Source: Candidatus Woesearchaeota archaeon
GTDB taxonomy: Archaea > Nanobdellota > Nanobdellia > SCGC-AAA011-G17 > ARS1403
Length of the DNA stretch: 52,745 nucleotides
Assembly (NCBI GenBank): GCA_016181275.1
Contig: JACOZQ010000024.1
Location: 661 to 53,405 of the forward strand
Direction: 5' to 3'
Under the pieces are notes generated by a model. The model was not told the DNA's origin and ran no database searches. It worked only from the letters and a program-made list of their open reading frames with translations. Made by a program: the position numbers and the translations under genes. The stretch's first letter is position 1. Each line of letters opens with the position of its first letter. Shown one piece after another: positions 1 to 8,848 of the stretch.

Positions 1-189
1 AGATTCCATTTTTCTCTTACTTTTATTCTTATAGTCCACATAAATTAATTAGGAATATTCCGATATTTAAAATTAACTGATTTTTACTGATAAATCAATA
101 ACTCCCTTTAATGTTACAATTCATTGTTGAAGATTATACAATTTTATGATTTAGTTACCTATATATAATACATGATCTTTAGCTCGTTT

Positions 190-558
190 ATGAAGAATAA
201 AAATCTGACAAAAGAGCAATATCATATCCTTAAAGAAAAAGGAACCGAGCTGCCTTTTACTGGAAAACTGCTGAAGGAAAAAAGAAAAGGAATGTATGTC
301 TGCGTTGCTTGCGGAAATGAATTATTCTCCTCAAAAGCGAAATTTGATTCAGGCACTGGCTGGCCAAGCTTTTATGATGCTGTTGACAAGAAAAAAATAA
401 TATTAAAAGAAGACAATGGCTTGTTGATGAAGAGAATCGAAGTGATCTGCAGTAAATGCGGAGGCCATCTCGGGCATTTATTCGAGGATGGTCCTAAGCC
501 TACAGGAAAAAGATACTGCATAAATTCCGCTGCTTTAGATTTCAAAGCAAAGGTCTAA
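190..558 (+). CDS. msrB: peptide-methionine (R)-S-oxide reductase MsrB
   Basis: Motifs KGTExPFTG, CxxC, KFDSGTGWPSF, CxxCGGHLGHLFEDGP and RYCINS. The ORF opens at 172; ATG 190 fits the usual N-terminus. Confidence 0.96.
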   Translation: MKNKNLTKEQYHILKEKGTELPFTGKLLKEKRKGMYVCVACGNELFSSKAKFDSGTGWPSFYDAVDKKKIILKEDNGLLMKRIEVICSKCGGHLGHLFEDGPKPTGKRYCINSAALDFKAKV

Positions 559-560
559 TA

Positions 561-603
561 TTTTTCTTTGGACACGATTTCTTTTTTCAAAAAAGAAATG
601 GTG
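561..603. repeat. dispersed intergenic hairpin repeat, copy 1
   Basis: TTTTTCTTTGGACACGATTTCTTTTTTCAAAAAAGAAATGGTG, with a near-identical copy at 10611-10654. ATTTCTTTTTT/AAAAAAGAAAT forms a stem. Confidence 0.8.
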
Positions 604-727
604 AAAGCGGAGCGATAAAAAGTTTTAAATACCCTATTTTTTAATTAATTTTAGTTAACATGCAGGAATTAAGAGCATCTTTGATAACAGAGAATGTTTC
701 TATTTCTTGTGTATATATAGGAGGAAA

Positions 728-1096
728 ATGAGTAAAATGGAAGGAACAGTTAAGTGGTATAATATGAGAAAGGGATATGGCTTTATTCAAGGCGAGGACG
801 GGAATGATTATTTCGTTCACTTTTCGGCTTTAGATGGGGCTATGTTAAGAGAAGGAGACAAAGTAAGCTTTCAGGCAGCTGATACTGACAAAGGAAAGCA
901 GGCCCAGAAAGTAAAGTTACTGCAGAAAGGAAGCGAGAGAGGAAGAGAAAGAAAAGACAGCGGAGAGGAGCAAAATGTAGAGATTAATGATGATGGCGAC
1001 GATGACTCAGGCTCTGACGAAAACGGCGAAGAAGGCAGTGATGGCGACTTTGATGACGAAGAAAATTCCGAAGAAGAAAGTTCTGAAGAGGAATAA
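728..1096 (+). CDS. cold-shock domain protein with long acidic C-terminal tail
   Basis: GTVKWYN..KGYGFI (RNP1) and DYFVHFS (RNP2), then about 45 aa of D/E-rich tail. GGAGG lies before ATG 728. Confidence 0.92.
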   Translation: MSKMEGTVKWYNMRKGYGFIQGEDGNDYFVHFSALDGAMLREGDKVSFQAADTDKGKQAQKVKLLQKGSERGRERKDSGEEQNVEINDDGDDDSGSDENGEEGSDGDFDDEENSEEESSEEE

Positions 1097-1189
1097 TCCT
1101 AATCAATAGCAATCAAAAATATTTCTTTATTTTTTTATTTTTATTTTTTCATAGAAAAGTACAATAAAATGATTTAGGTTTTGCTTGGC

Positions 1190-1473
1190 CTAAACACATG
1201 GTAATTCTCGATAGATTTTTGCATAGCCGATTGCATCAATCAAATTTCTCACAGCTTCGCCTGATTCTTTCGTACGAAAATCTATTAGTATTTTTTTAGC
1301 AGTTGACAGCTCCAAGAATTTAAAAGAAAAATCAAATAAATCTTTTCTTCTCTTCCAAAATTCCTAATAACATTTCTACTCGTTCCTGTAAAATAAAAAG
1401 GCATTTCTTCTATCCTGGATACTACCTCTGCTATTGATTCATGATAATTTTTCTCTGCTTTTTCCCTATCCAT
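1190..1473 (-). pseudogene. frameshifted hypothetical protein
   Basis: The 62-aa ORF (1473-1285) continues in another frame as DFSFKFLELSTAKKILIDFRTKESGEAVRNLIDAIGYAKIYRELPCV* to TAG at 1190-1192. The shift lies in a T-rich tract near 1325-1340. Confidence 0.5.
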
Positions 1474-1607
1474 AAACTTTCCAAAAAAATATTTATTTAT
1501 AATTCTTTTGTAATTGGAGATGATAACAATTGATAACGAATTTTTTAGGGTAAGTTAAAAAACCAAGGAGAAGTTTTAAATATCATCCTTTCTGAATTAT
1601 TTTGAAA

Positions 1608-1723
1608 GGGTCCGTAGCATAAGCAGGTAGTGTAACCGGCTCCAGTTCAAGCTTTTAAAAAAATCTTGAGCAAAAATTTCGAGAAGAAACCGGTTGATGA
1701 GGGTTCAAATCCCTCCGGTCCCA
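1608..1723 (+). tRNA. tRNA-Trp(CCA) with 43-nt intron at 37/38 (1646-1688)
   Basis: Acceptor GGGTCCG/CGGTCCC, anticodon stem ACCGG/CCGGT, CT-CCA-G|intron|A loop, T arm GAGGG-TTCAAAT-CCCTC. TATA TTTTAAATA at about 1574-1582. Confidence 0.92.
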
Positions 1724-1788
1724 GCTGTTTTAACTTCCAGTTACAATAAACCTATCTGCTGGAAAATATTTTTTGAAAAATCTGCTTT

Positions 1789-1812
1789 TGTTGTTACTGC
1801 TGGTGACAAATT
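1789..1812. promoter_or_regulatory. imperfect palindrome, putative operator, copy 1
   Basis: TGTTGTTACTGCTGGTGACAAATT matches 8764-8787 at 20/24 positions and lies upstream of TTTATAA boxes. Confidence 0.55.
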
Positions 1813-1863
1813 CTCCTATTTTGTAATTATTTTATAATAGTAAAATTTTAGAAATATTTATAA

Positions 1864-3651
1864 ATGGTGTTTTTGGGTACTATGAAGGGGTTAAAAATAA
1901 TGAATCAATGGCTTTTAGATATAATAAGAGATTTCCAAACTTTACCACTTATTAGAAGATTTAATTCTGATTATTATGAAATAAATAGAATTTCCCTCGA
2001 AAAAAGAATTTCATTTGAAAATGCTGTTAGAGCATATCAAGCAAATGAAGCTGCAAGAATATTATTACAATTAAACAGACAGCAAGCTGAAAAAGATTTG
2101 GATCAAAGAAGAGAAATCGTTGAAAGAGTTCTATCTGAAAATAAAAAAGATAACTTGAGTTTGAGAAAAAGAATTGTTTTCAGCGGGAATAAAGGCGGTG
2201 TTGGAAAAACAACTCTAATGGTTCAGAGCCTTGGAGCATTTATTGAACTATTATCTCCTTTTATTGAAAAATATAGATTATCTCTTGCTGGCATTGAGGC
2301 AGACTTGTCAGATCCTCAAGTTGGATATCATTTTTCAAGCTGGATGCCAAATCTTCCTCTTGATAATCCTGATCTTAGCGAAGTTCGCTTCTTAAATTTC
2401 TTTGGATTTGAAAACAAAGATAGGGATGCGGCCGAGTTATTAAAAGAATGTTTGTATCCTGTTCCACAATTTGAAGGTGTTTATCTAGCTGCAATTCCTG
2501 AAAATCAATTCGTTTTGGAAACATTAGCTACTCTCCTTGGAGAAGGAAAAGATTATGTTGATAATATGTATAGATTAGCTCGCGGTTTTAGAAATTTAGA
2601 TGCTGATTTTGTTTTTGCTGATGTTCGAGCTGGCAGAACACCTCACGAAGTATTGAGCTTCTGGCATGATTCAGATGTAAGGGTTGGAAGCCATATGGCA
2701 GATGATGATTCAATAATACCTTTAGTAAATTTACTGCAAAATTCGCAAAGGACAAATATTTTACATACAGCAAGAGGAATGATCAATGAAGAGTATAATG
2801 GAAAGATTTTTACATTAGAAGCACAGTCGGGAGAAATTACTGAGAGAATAAAAGAGAAATCTTTGCTGATTGAGAACTTGGATGAGAAAATCAAACCCCT
2901 TGAAGAAAAAATCTATGCAGCTGAAGAAGAAAGAAAAAGATTGAATCCTCAAATTAGGGAGAAAACTAATTTATTGAAAAGCCTTGAAGGCAATGAAAGT
3001 GTTGGAGAAATTTATAGAATACAATCTGATGAGCTCAAAAGTCTGAAAGATGGAAAACAGAAAATAGATGCAAAATTGAAGTCGTTTAGAAAAGAGATTA
3101 CATCTCCTAAAATTGAAAGGAATAGATATTCTGCTGAAAGAGATAATTTGAAAGAAAGAGGAGACGATTATAATGCAAGAGCTGCTGGCCTGAGGGCAAC
3201 AAGGGATAAAACACTGGAGGAATTAAAAGGCTTGAGAAGTCTAGCAGAAATAGAATCAAAGTTTAGAGAATTAAATGAATCCGGCGAGCTTAATCTTCAA
3301 TTGGCATATTCAGAGCATCCAGTAATACAAGTTCCGAATATAATAAAGGCTGACTTTTCACATGCAGCTTCAATAGCGCATGATACAATTGTTGAACTGA
3401 TGGTGAAAGAAGGATTTCCTACTTCAAATATATATCCTGTAATTGGGTCTGATGGGAAATATAAAAATAGGGATTTCTTCATTGATTATTCTGGACATGT
3501 TATAGACAGCAGAAAAAAAGGAATTCCTATTGTTTTTAGCGATGATGAAGAAGCAAGATTCAGTCCTGCTGCTAATGAATATAGATTATTGGCATGGAAT
3601 GAATTTGTACATATGTTTAAATTAGTTGAACCGGATTTGGAGGAAAATTAA
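1864..3651 (+). CDS. MinD/ParA/FlhG-family ATPase with long coiled-coil insertion
   Basis: Deviant Walker A GNKGGVGKTT, IEADLSDP, Walker B DFVFADVRAG and C-terminal SPAANEYRLLA. About 170 aa of heptad-rich insert. The start could be ATG 1900. Confidence 0.8.
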   Translation: MVFLGTMKGLKIMNQWLLDIIRDFQTLPLIRRFNSDYYEINRISLEKRISFENAVRAYQANEAARILLQLNRQQAEKDLDQRREIVERVLSENKKDNLSLRKRIVFSGNKGGVGKTTLMVQSLGAFIELLSPFIEKYRLSLAGIEADLSDPQVGYHFSSWMPNLPLDNPDLSEVRFLNFFGFENKDRDAAELLKECLYPVPQFEGVYLAAIPENQFVLETLATLLGEGKDYVDNMYRLARGFRNLDADFVFADVRAGRTPHEVLSFWHDSDVRVGSHMADDDSIIPLVNLLQNSQRTNILHTARGMINEEYNGKIFTLEAQSGEITERIKEKSLLIENLDEKIKPLEEKIYAAEEERKRLNPQIREKTNLLKSLEGNESVGEIYRIQSDELKSLKDGKQKIDAKLKSFRKEITSPKIERNRYSAERDNLKERGDDYNARAAGLRATRDKTLEELKGLRSLAEIESKFRELNESGELNLQLAYSEHPVIQVPNIIKADFSHAASIAHDTIVELMVKEGFPTSNIYPVIGSDGKYKNRDFFIDYSGHVIDSRKKGIPIVFSDDEEARFSPAANEYRLLAWNEFVHMFKLVEPDLEEN

Positions 3652-3652
3652 T

Positions 3653-4402
3653 ATGAGTAATGAAAGAATAGAACTAATAGGAAGGAGAATTGCAGAAGCA
3701 GAACCAGTCCAAATTTATGAAGAAACAAAAGAGGATCACAAAAGATATTGGAACTTAGGAAGATTAGGTTATGCTGCTCTTGCCGCGGTCGTTGTTATTG
3801 GGAGTGGTGCAATTTTACATACTTCTGGAAAAAGCACTGCTATAAGAAGAATAGTAGAACCATTGAGATCAACAATTGAAGCACTTGCAAGTGAAAATGC
3901 AGGATTAAAAAATATAAATGAAAGATTGAATAATAATATTACATCATTAACTACTGAAAGAGATTCTTTAAGAGAGTCTAATGAAGGAATATTAAATTTT
4001 AGCAGAGAATATGTTAAAAAAAGCCAAGAAAAACTTATCTATGCTCAAAGAGCAAATGCTGCCTTGCTTGAATCATATCCTGATGACATAAGAAGCAATG
4101 ACTATAAATATTCTGAGAGAACTCAAAATGGAAAGAGAGTTGCTCAGCTGGAGATTATAGCTTATTCTACAGAAGATCCTGAAGAGCTTGCAAAAAGGTT
4201 TGAAACTAAAAAAGGATTTGAGGAAAAATATCCTGGTTTGCTGGATAAAGCTGAAAAAATAAAACAGATTGATCTGAGAAAGTTGAGGCTTACTGAAAAT
4301 GATGACAATGTTTTCGAAATAAGACCTACATACGAAGGAGAGACAACAGCTGACACAACTTTCACATACAGGCATCTTGACTTAATAAATTATAGAAAAT
4401 GA
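3653..4402 (+). CDS. single-pass membrane protein with coiled coil
   Basis: Hydrophobic YAALAAVVVIGSGAIL followed by heptads (LRSTIEALASENAGLKNINERLNNNITSLTTERDSL). GGAGG precedes ATG 3653. Confidence 0.75.
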   Translation: MSNERIELIGRRIAEAEPVQIYEETKEDHKRYWNLGRLGYAALAAVVVIGSGAILHTSGKSTAIRRIVEPLRSTIEALASENAGLKNINERLNNNITSLTTERDSLRESNEGILNFSREYVKKSQEKLIYAQRANAALLESYPDDIRSNDYKYSERTQNGKRVAQLEIIAYSTEDPEELAKRFETKKGFEEKYPGLLDKAEKIKQIDLRKLRLTENDDNVFEIRPTYEGETTADTTFTYRHLDLINYRK

Positions 4403-4416
4403 AAGGAGAAAACAAA

Positions 4417-6042
4417 ATGAGAAAAATAACTAAATTAATGTTGGCGAGTGCATTAGCACTGGGATTTAATGGAAATGCAAGAGCAGATTACATTCAGCAT
4501 CTTTCAGATGAATATAACATATCTATTGAGAGACTTCAAGTTTTAAGAGGAAACTTGTTTAATGATTTAAACCTTATAGGCGTCATGAAAGGTGGCTTTA
4601 ATTATGATTTGAGAGACAGCTCTTTTGCACAATATATGAAAAGGAGATTTGGAAATGAAGGAAATACTGTTTATGAATTCCTGAATCAGGGAGCAACAGA
4701 AGAATTTGGAGTATCTGTTGACAGTGCAACCGGAGGCACATTCCTAAACAGGATGATAGTAACTCCCGATTCTGTAAGGACAATATCTTTACCTCTTAAT
4801 ACTACTGGAAACTTCATGAATAAGCTTGCTCTAAAAATAGACTCAGCCTCAAGCATATTTCATAGAATGGAAAAGGACAATAGAGAAATAAATTTTGAGA
4901 TAGTTGGAGGCGATGATTATATGCGAGTTGTAGAGGGATTGCCTGAAAACGTTTTAAGAAACAAAAATGTAATTCCTGGATCAACTTTCATGACTAAAGA
5001 AGAGATTGAAGGTTTTTACCAAATATCTGGAATTAAAGGGGCTCTATCAAATGCTTTTAATTCTATAGACGGCGGCAGAACATTAGGAGAAATCTTTTCA
5101 ACCACGTTTGAGAGCAAGTTATCTACTAATTATGCTATAAATGAAAAAGGACAAGCAGTCATAACTACAAGTTTGAACCAGAATGGAGATATGCCTATAA
5201 CTGTGCATTCAATTGTTGAATCATATCTTTTGCCTAAATTTGAAACTAGATTGGATTTCAATAATCCCGAGCATATGCAGATTTCTGAGCTCGAAGTCGT
5301 TGTTGCAGAAACATCTCAACCAGCTGCTCCAGCTCAAGTTGACTCACAAACTATCTATATTGAAGCAACTACTGAAACTGCTCCAGCTGATACTGGAAGC
5401 GTTGCTGAAATTCCAGCTGAACCAGATACTGCAAAAAAAGTTACAGTTCCTGCTGAAACAGTCACAAGAGTTGCAGAAGCTGAAAGAGGATTATCATTTG
5501 TAGTTGCCGGAGAATATTCAAACATGTCAACTTATCCTACAGGAGTATTTGGAGTTAGAGCTGGAAGATGGATGCCGTTTTTTGCATACGGAGTTGACAG
5601 GAACAGCTTGGATGAGACAGTTAGATTTGAAGCTGATTCTCAAGGAAGACATACTGAATTCGATGTAAATACTAATGGAGATACTAGAAGAATTGTTGCT
5701 GGACTGAATTATGTGCAGGAGTTTGGAAGAAAAAATGCTGCCAAGAAATTAGCTTTGATTCTTGGGATGCATGCTGGAAAAGAATTTTCAAATTCAAAGG
5801 GAGCAAGCACCTCAACAAGGTATTCTAATGAGCTGCCTATTGAAGTAAAAGCTCCTGTATTTTTGGATGGAAGCAGCTCAAGCCTTGTATACGGGCCACA
5901 AGTTGGATTGCAGTATGGAAACATTGGATTATTTGGAAGCTATGATGTTGATAGATCTATCGAGCAATTTGGAATTAAAAAATCTACAAAAAGAATTGGT
6001 GGCGGATTAATAATTAATTTCGGAGGACAAAAAGATGAATAA
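4417..6042 (+). CDS. secreted protein with A/P/T/E-rich linker and C-terminal putative beta-barrel domain
   Basis: Signal peptide MRKITKLMLASALALGFNGNARA, a low-complexity linker, then about 8 amphipathic strands from 5488 ending in GGGLIINF. GGAG lies before ATG 4417. Confidence 0.7.
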   Translation: MRKITKLMLASALALGFNGNARADYIQHLSDEYNISIERLQVLRGNLFNDLNLIGVMKGGFNYDLRDSSFAQYMKRRFGNEGNTVYEFLNQGATEEFGVSVDSATGGTFLNRMIVTPDSVRTISLPLNTTGNFMNKLALKIDSASSIFHRMEKDNREINFEIVGGDDYMRVVEGLPENVLRNKNVIPGSTFMTKEEIEGFYQISGIKGALSNAFNSIDGGRTLGEIFSTTFESKLSTNYAINEKGQAVITTSLNQNGDMPITVHSIVESYLLPKFETRLDFNNPEHMQISELEVVVAETSQPAAPAQVDSQTIYIEATTETAPADTGSVAEIPAEPDTAKKVTVPAETVTRVAEAERGLSFVVAGEYSNMSTYPTGVFGVRAGRWMPFFAYGVDRNSLDETVRFEADSQGRHTEFDVNTNGDTRRIVAGLNYVQEFGRKNAAKKLALILGMHAGKEFSNSKGASTSTRYSNELPIEVKAPVFLDGSSSSLVYGPQVGLQYGNIGLFGSYDVDRSIEQFGIKKSTKRIGGGLIINFGGQKDE

Positions 6043-8752
6043 GTACAATAAATTATTTTTAATATTGCCTTTGTTAGCTATTTTGTTTGCAGGCAGTGCT
6101 AATGCCATTATTGATGCAAACATAAATTTCATCGGCACTGTTAATGAACACATAGAAGTTGAACCAAACCAGGATATTAATTTTGTTGCTACAGCAAACA
6201 GCACAAGACCAACATTCACAGTAGAACACGTGAGCTTGACTGATGCAAAGGATATCTTGATTAAAACATTTACAGATGTCAATGCAGCATTTAATTCTGC
6301 ATATGAATACACTGGAAAAGTAAGCGTCGGAACACCTGGGGTGTATAAGTTGGTTGTAGTTGCACATGATGATGACAATAAAGTTTCTGATACTATAACA
6401 TTTAGAGTAAAAGAATTTCCGCCGCAGCCGCCGCAGCCTCCAGCAAATACTTTGCCTGTATTGGTTATAAGAGTAAATGGTGTTGCAATCGGAAATGAAA
6501 TCAGCGCAAATGATGGAGAAAAGATTGCATTTGATTTATCTGGAAGCTATGATGCAGACAATGACAAATTAACTTATACTGCTGAAATCAGACCAGAAAA
6601 TTTCAACATGAGCCTTTCACTCGCACTCAACAAGAATATCAATGAATTATTCGAGCTTGCTGCAAGAGCTGATGCAATAAGCTATGATGTTTCATTTGCT
6701 TTAAGCGACGGAAAGACAAGCATCCAAAAAACAATAAAAGTAAGTGTTGCTGGAGCTCAACCTCCGCAGCCGCCACAGCCTCCAGTTGACAGCGATGTTG
6801 TCAGAGGAGACTTGGACTACGACGGGGATGTTGACTTTGCTGATTTTGTGATTTTCCAAACACACTTTAATTCAAGGCCTGGTTATTCAAACTGGAATCA
6901 TGAAGCTGACTTCAACGAAGACAATGAAGTTGAATTTTCTGATTTTGTAACATTAGACAAGAATATAGGAAAAAGCACTGGATTGAGCATTAGATTCCAA
7001 GTCAATGGAGCTGAAAAAAATTCAACAGAGATAAATGAAAATGATAACTTTGGATTCAATGTAATCAGCTCAGATAAAAATGGAAGGGCACTGTTCCTGG
7101 ATATAAACAGCGATATAGAAGTAAACAAGGCTGGAAGCGTCATAACAGGAAACACTAATTTTGAAACTGTAAAGCATCCTGCTACTGAAAAGCTTGCAAG
7201 AATCAGAGTAATTGGCAGCGACGGAGTAAACAAATTATTGAGAGTATTTTTAGTTGATGTTAATGACGTCGATAGATTGCCTGTTTTGCCAAATGAAGCA
7301 AGAATAAGAGAAGGAGAATTGGCTGGCGAGCAGAGCTTGTACATAGGAAATGTTTTAACATTAGTTCCAACAGATGCTGATTCAGAAGACAACAAGATTG
7401 AGCTAAAAGCAAAAAGCGCTCTTCCAAGAAAATCAAGAATTGAAGATAATAAATTCATCTGGGACATAAGAAGAAACCAAGGAAAAGATCAGCCTTATGC
7501 ACTAACTTTTGTCTTGAATGATGGCGTCAAAGAAGTTGAGCAGACTGTAAATATATTTATTGAAAACAATGTCTGGCCTCTTGATAATCTTCCTGAGACA
7601 AGCAATCCTGAAGCTGTATTGAGCTATCATAGCTTTGGACTTGAAAGCGACAATGCTGCCAGGGTTAGAGTATCTGCATTCAATTCTGATGACAGGCAGG
7701 ATTTCAAGAATGAGCTTGAGTACAGGTATGACTTCAATGGCGATGGAAAATGGGATACAGAATATTCCAAGGATATAACCAAAAGCACAATAACAAAGGA
7801 ATACGGCCCAGAATTCTTCGGATTAAATGGATTTGCTTATGTAACTATAAAGCTGCAGGTTCGTGATCTGGATGGAGATGAAAGTGGAATTGTTTCCCAG
7901 CAAGTTGAAATCATGGGAGGAAGAATACCAAGGCAACCATTTGTACCTCAAGATCAACCACCACAGCCTCCTGTACAGCCGCCGCAGCCTCCGCAACCAC
8001 CTCAGCCGCCGCAGCCAGAGATTTGTGATGGGATTGACAATAATCTAAATGGACAAGTTGATGAAGGGAATGTATGCCCTCCACCAGTTCCAGGGGTTAA
8101 TAGCAATCCAATATTAATAGTATTAAGAAATAATGCTGCAGTGAGCTCAGTAACTATAAATGAAGGAGAATCTCTTTCATTGGCTTTGAATGCTGTTGAT
8201 CCAGATGGAGACAATATAAGATTTGAAGTACAGAACAATCCTACTGGATCTTCTTTGGCTGGAAATTCATTCAGCTGGACTCCAAGCAATGTTCAAGCTG
8301 GAACTTATGCATTAACATTCAGAGCATTAGATGTTGATGCAAACGGCATGTTGAAAGGCGGAAGCGACAGCGAGCAAGTAACAATTATAGTGAAAGATGT
8401 TCTAGCTCCCTTGGGAAAACCAACTAAGAGAGTAGTTCATAGCTTAGACGTTGGAAGCATAATTGTAAACAGCTGGGACACAGTTGAAGCTGGCGACATT
8501 ATTGACGTTGATGTAGTTGCTAAGAACAGGGGAAATGAAAAAGCAAAAGATGTGAGAGTTACTTTGGAAATACCTCAATTTAATTATCTCTCAAGAAGTG
8601 ACGAATTCAGCATAAAGAAAAGGCATGACGAGATAAGAAGCTTTAGCGTTGAAATTCCTGAAGATGCTGAAGCTGGAATGGTGTTTGCAATTGTAACTGT
8701 AAGTAATGACAAAGATGAAGAAAGGGAGGTGATGGGCTTTTTGGTTGAGTAG
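6035..8752 (+). CDS. large surface protein with PKD/cadherin-like Ig domains, dockerin-like EF-hand pair, Pro/Gln linkers and C-terminal CARDB-like domain
   Basis: Signal peptide; GDLDYDGDVDFADF...ADFNEDNEVEFSDF; DADNDKLTY and DPDGDNIRF calcium motifs; YDFNGDGKWD; EICDGIDNNLNGQVDEG; PPQPPQ repeats. Confidence 0.85.
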   Translation: MNKYNKLFLILPLLAILFAGSANAIIDANINFIGTVNEHIEVEPNQDINFVATANSTRPTFTVEHVSLTDAKDILIKTFTDVNAAFNSAYEYTGKVSVGTPGVYKLVVVAHDDDNKVSDTITFRVKEFPPQPPQPPANTLPVLVIRVNGVAIGNEISANDGEKIAFDLSGSYDADNDKLTYTAEIRPENFNMSLSLALNKNINELFELAARADAISYDVSFALSDGKTSIQKTIKVSVAGAQPPQPPQPPVDSDVVRGDLDYDGDVDFADFVIFQTHFNSRPGYSNWNHEADFNEDNEVEFSDFVTLDKNIGKSTGLSIRFQVNGAEKNSTEINENDNFGFNVISSDKNGRALFLDINSDIEVNKAGSVITGNTNFETVKHPATEKLARIRVIGSDGVNKLLRVFLVDVNDVDRLPVLPNEARIREGELAGEQSLYIGNVLTLVPTDADSEDNKIELKAKSALPRKSRIEDNKFIWDIRRNQGKDQPYALTFVLNDGVKEVEQTVNIFIENNVWPLDNLPETSNPEAVLSYHSFGLESDNAARVRVSAFNSDDRQDFKNELEYRYDFNGDGKWDTEYSKDITKSTITKEYGPEFFGLNGFAYVTIKLQVRDLDGDESGIVSQQVEIMGGRIPRQPFVPQDQPPQPPVQPPQPPQPPQPPQPEICDGIDNNLNGQVDEGNVCPPPVPGVNSNPILIVLRNNAAVSSVTINEGESLSLALNAVDPDGDNIRFEVQNNPTGSSLAGNSFSWTPSNVQAGTYALTFRALDVDANGMLKGGSDSEQVTIIVKDVLAPLGKPTKRVVHSLDVGSIIVNSWDTVEAGDIIDVDVVAKNRGNEKAKDVRVTLEIPQFNYLSRSDEFSIKKRHDEIRSFSVEIPEDAEAGMVFAIVTVSNDKDEEREVMGFLVE

Positions 8753-8763
8753 ATTATTGCTGG

Positions 8764-8787
8764 TGTTATTACTGCCAGTGACAATTT
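8764..8787. promoter_or_regulatory. imperfect palindrome, putative operator, copy 2
   Basis: TGTTATTACTGCCAGTGACAATTT, about 12 bp upstream of TTTATAAA (8800-8807). Matches 1789-1812. Confidence 0.55.
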
Positions 8788-8848
8788 ACCACCAAAAGGT
8801 TTATAAACAATGTTTAACTATAAAATAACAACATTTAGGGGGTTTAAA

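Noticed and set aside
1..41. Possible minus-strand gene start (MWTIRIKVREKWN) running off the window
   Set aside because: Only 13 codons are visible, so it cannot be supported.
1521..1537. TGATAAC direct repeat upstream of the tRNA
   Set aside because: Too short to be significant in AT-rich DNA.
7955..8016. CCGCAGCC-type tandem repeats (also near 6420 and 6760)
   Set aside because: They encode PPQPPQ linkers within the surface protein and are not CRISPR or a DNA-level element.
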